The notes under the pieces: generated by a model
Told to the model about the DNA's origin: nothing
Seen by the model: only the letters and a program-made list of their open reading frames with translations
Databases searched by the model: none
Program-made: the position numbers and the translations under genes
Origin: an uncultured Gammaproteobacteria bacterium
Lineage (GTDB): Bacteria; Patescibacteriota; Microgenomatia; UBA1406
Direction: 5' to 3'
Assembly: GCA_964358525.1 (NCBI GenBank)
Contig: CAYHPU010000003.1
Coordinates: 1-36,591 of the forward strand
Length of the DNA: 36,591 nt
Part shown: in pieces, positions 35,900-36,591 of the stretch
Layout of the letters: the number at the start of each line of letters is the position of its first letter
Numbering within the stretch: position 1 is the first letter of the stretch

Positions 35900-35946
35900 C
35901 CCTTCCAACTGCCTTACCCTTACCTTTGCCTTTGTTATAATGTGGC

Positions 35947-36537
35947 ATGCGTATCGGTGTAGACATAGATGCAGTACTTGCTAATCTTCTTGCCCCTCTG
36001 GACAAATTTCATAACAAAAAATATGGTACGAAAGTTACGATGCGCCATCACACAACCTACGACCTCGGAAAGGTGTGGGGTTGTAGTTGGGATGAGTCAA
36101 TAAACCACATGTATGAATTTTATTTTTCAGATGAGTTTCATGAAATAAAACATATCGCCGGTTCAAAAAGAGGAATTAGAACACTTGCCGCACACCATGA
36201 TCTTTTTGTTATAACCTCCCGCCCTTATGAAATAGAGGACCGTAGCAATAAGTGGATACATAAACATTTTGCAAATAAATTCAAGCAGACTTTTCACACA
36301 AATCAAATGACAAAAAATAAAGAGCAGTCTTCAAAGAAAAAATCTGATATATGTTTGGAACAGAACATAACTATTCTTATTGAAGACTATATGGGACATG
36401 CAAACGACTGTGCAGAGAAGGGGATAAAAGTAATTTTACTAACTACCCCGTGGAATAGAAATGAGAAGAGTTTGCATCCAAATATCGTCCGTGTAAATTC
36501 CTGGAAACAAATCCCTGGTTTGTTGTCTTCTTTTTAA
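35947..36537 (+). CDS. HAD-superfamily 5'(3')-nucleotidase (NT5C-like)
   Basis: IGVDIDAVLA, ITSR, K, LIED, PWN, RVNSW. Confidence 0.85.
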   Translation: MRIGVDIDAVLANLLAPLDKFHNKKYGTKVTMRHHTTYDLGKVWGCSWDESINHMYEFYFSDEFHEIKHIAGSKRGIRTLAAHHDLFVITSRPYEIEDRSNKWIHKHFANKFKQTFHTNQMTKNKEQSSKKKSDICLEQNITILIEDYMGHANDCAEKGIKVILLTTPWNRNEKSLHPNIVRVNSWKQIPGLLSSF

Positions 36538-36591
36538 ACCACTCCCCACATCCCCTCCGCCAGCTGGCGGATAGGGGAGGATTAAGGTGGG
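36538..36591. repeat. REP with nested TCCGCCAGCTGGCGGA (36556-36571), truncated by window end
   Basis: Same family as 3311-3367 and 4678-4720. Confidence 0.85.

Noticed and set aside
1-36591. CRISPR array or integron cassette array suggested by recurring short repeats between small genes
   Set aside because: Repeats belong to many families, are irregularly spaced and flank genes on both strands. There are no cas or intI genes and no consistent attC RYYYAAC/GTTRRRY ends.

Overview
This is an AT-rich bacterial chromosome segment (genetic code 11). Gene content and repeat style suggest a Patescibacteria/CPR organism of Microgenomates type; this is an inference. It carries surface-glycan glycosyltransferases, an SOS-box-controlled LexA/UmuD-like + DinB cassette, proS, a DUF2207 protein, and a long run of small accessory genes (GNATs, VOC, alpha/beta hydrolases, ABC-F, ABC exporter, ZIP, UDG, NUDIX, SDR, EEP, GT-C). 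It also has tRNA-Asn(GTT) with an adjacent AT-rich two-gene islet, and an RHH/PIN toxin-antitoxin pair. The most unusual signals are: (1) a ~304-bp GIY-YIG nuclease unit bounded by direct repeats of the tRNA-Asn 5' half, with its stop codon inside the intact tRNA; (2) several families of short palindromes present as 'empty' and 'filled' (palindrome-inside-palindrome) copies, which also invade protein-coding sequence in frame; (3) a ~93-nt structured element present twice in inverted orientation with compensatory base changes, one copy next to a tRNA-like fold; (4) pervasive -10 boxes just upstream of start codons, suggesting leaderless or very short-leader mRNAs. No CRISPR array, reverse transcriptase, transposase or integrase was recognised. 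All family assignments come from reading motifs by eye, not from database searches.
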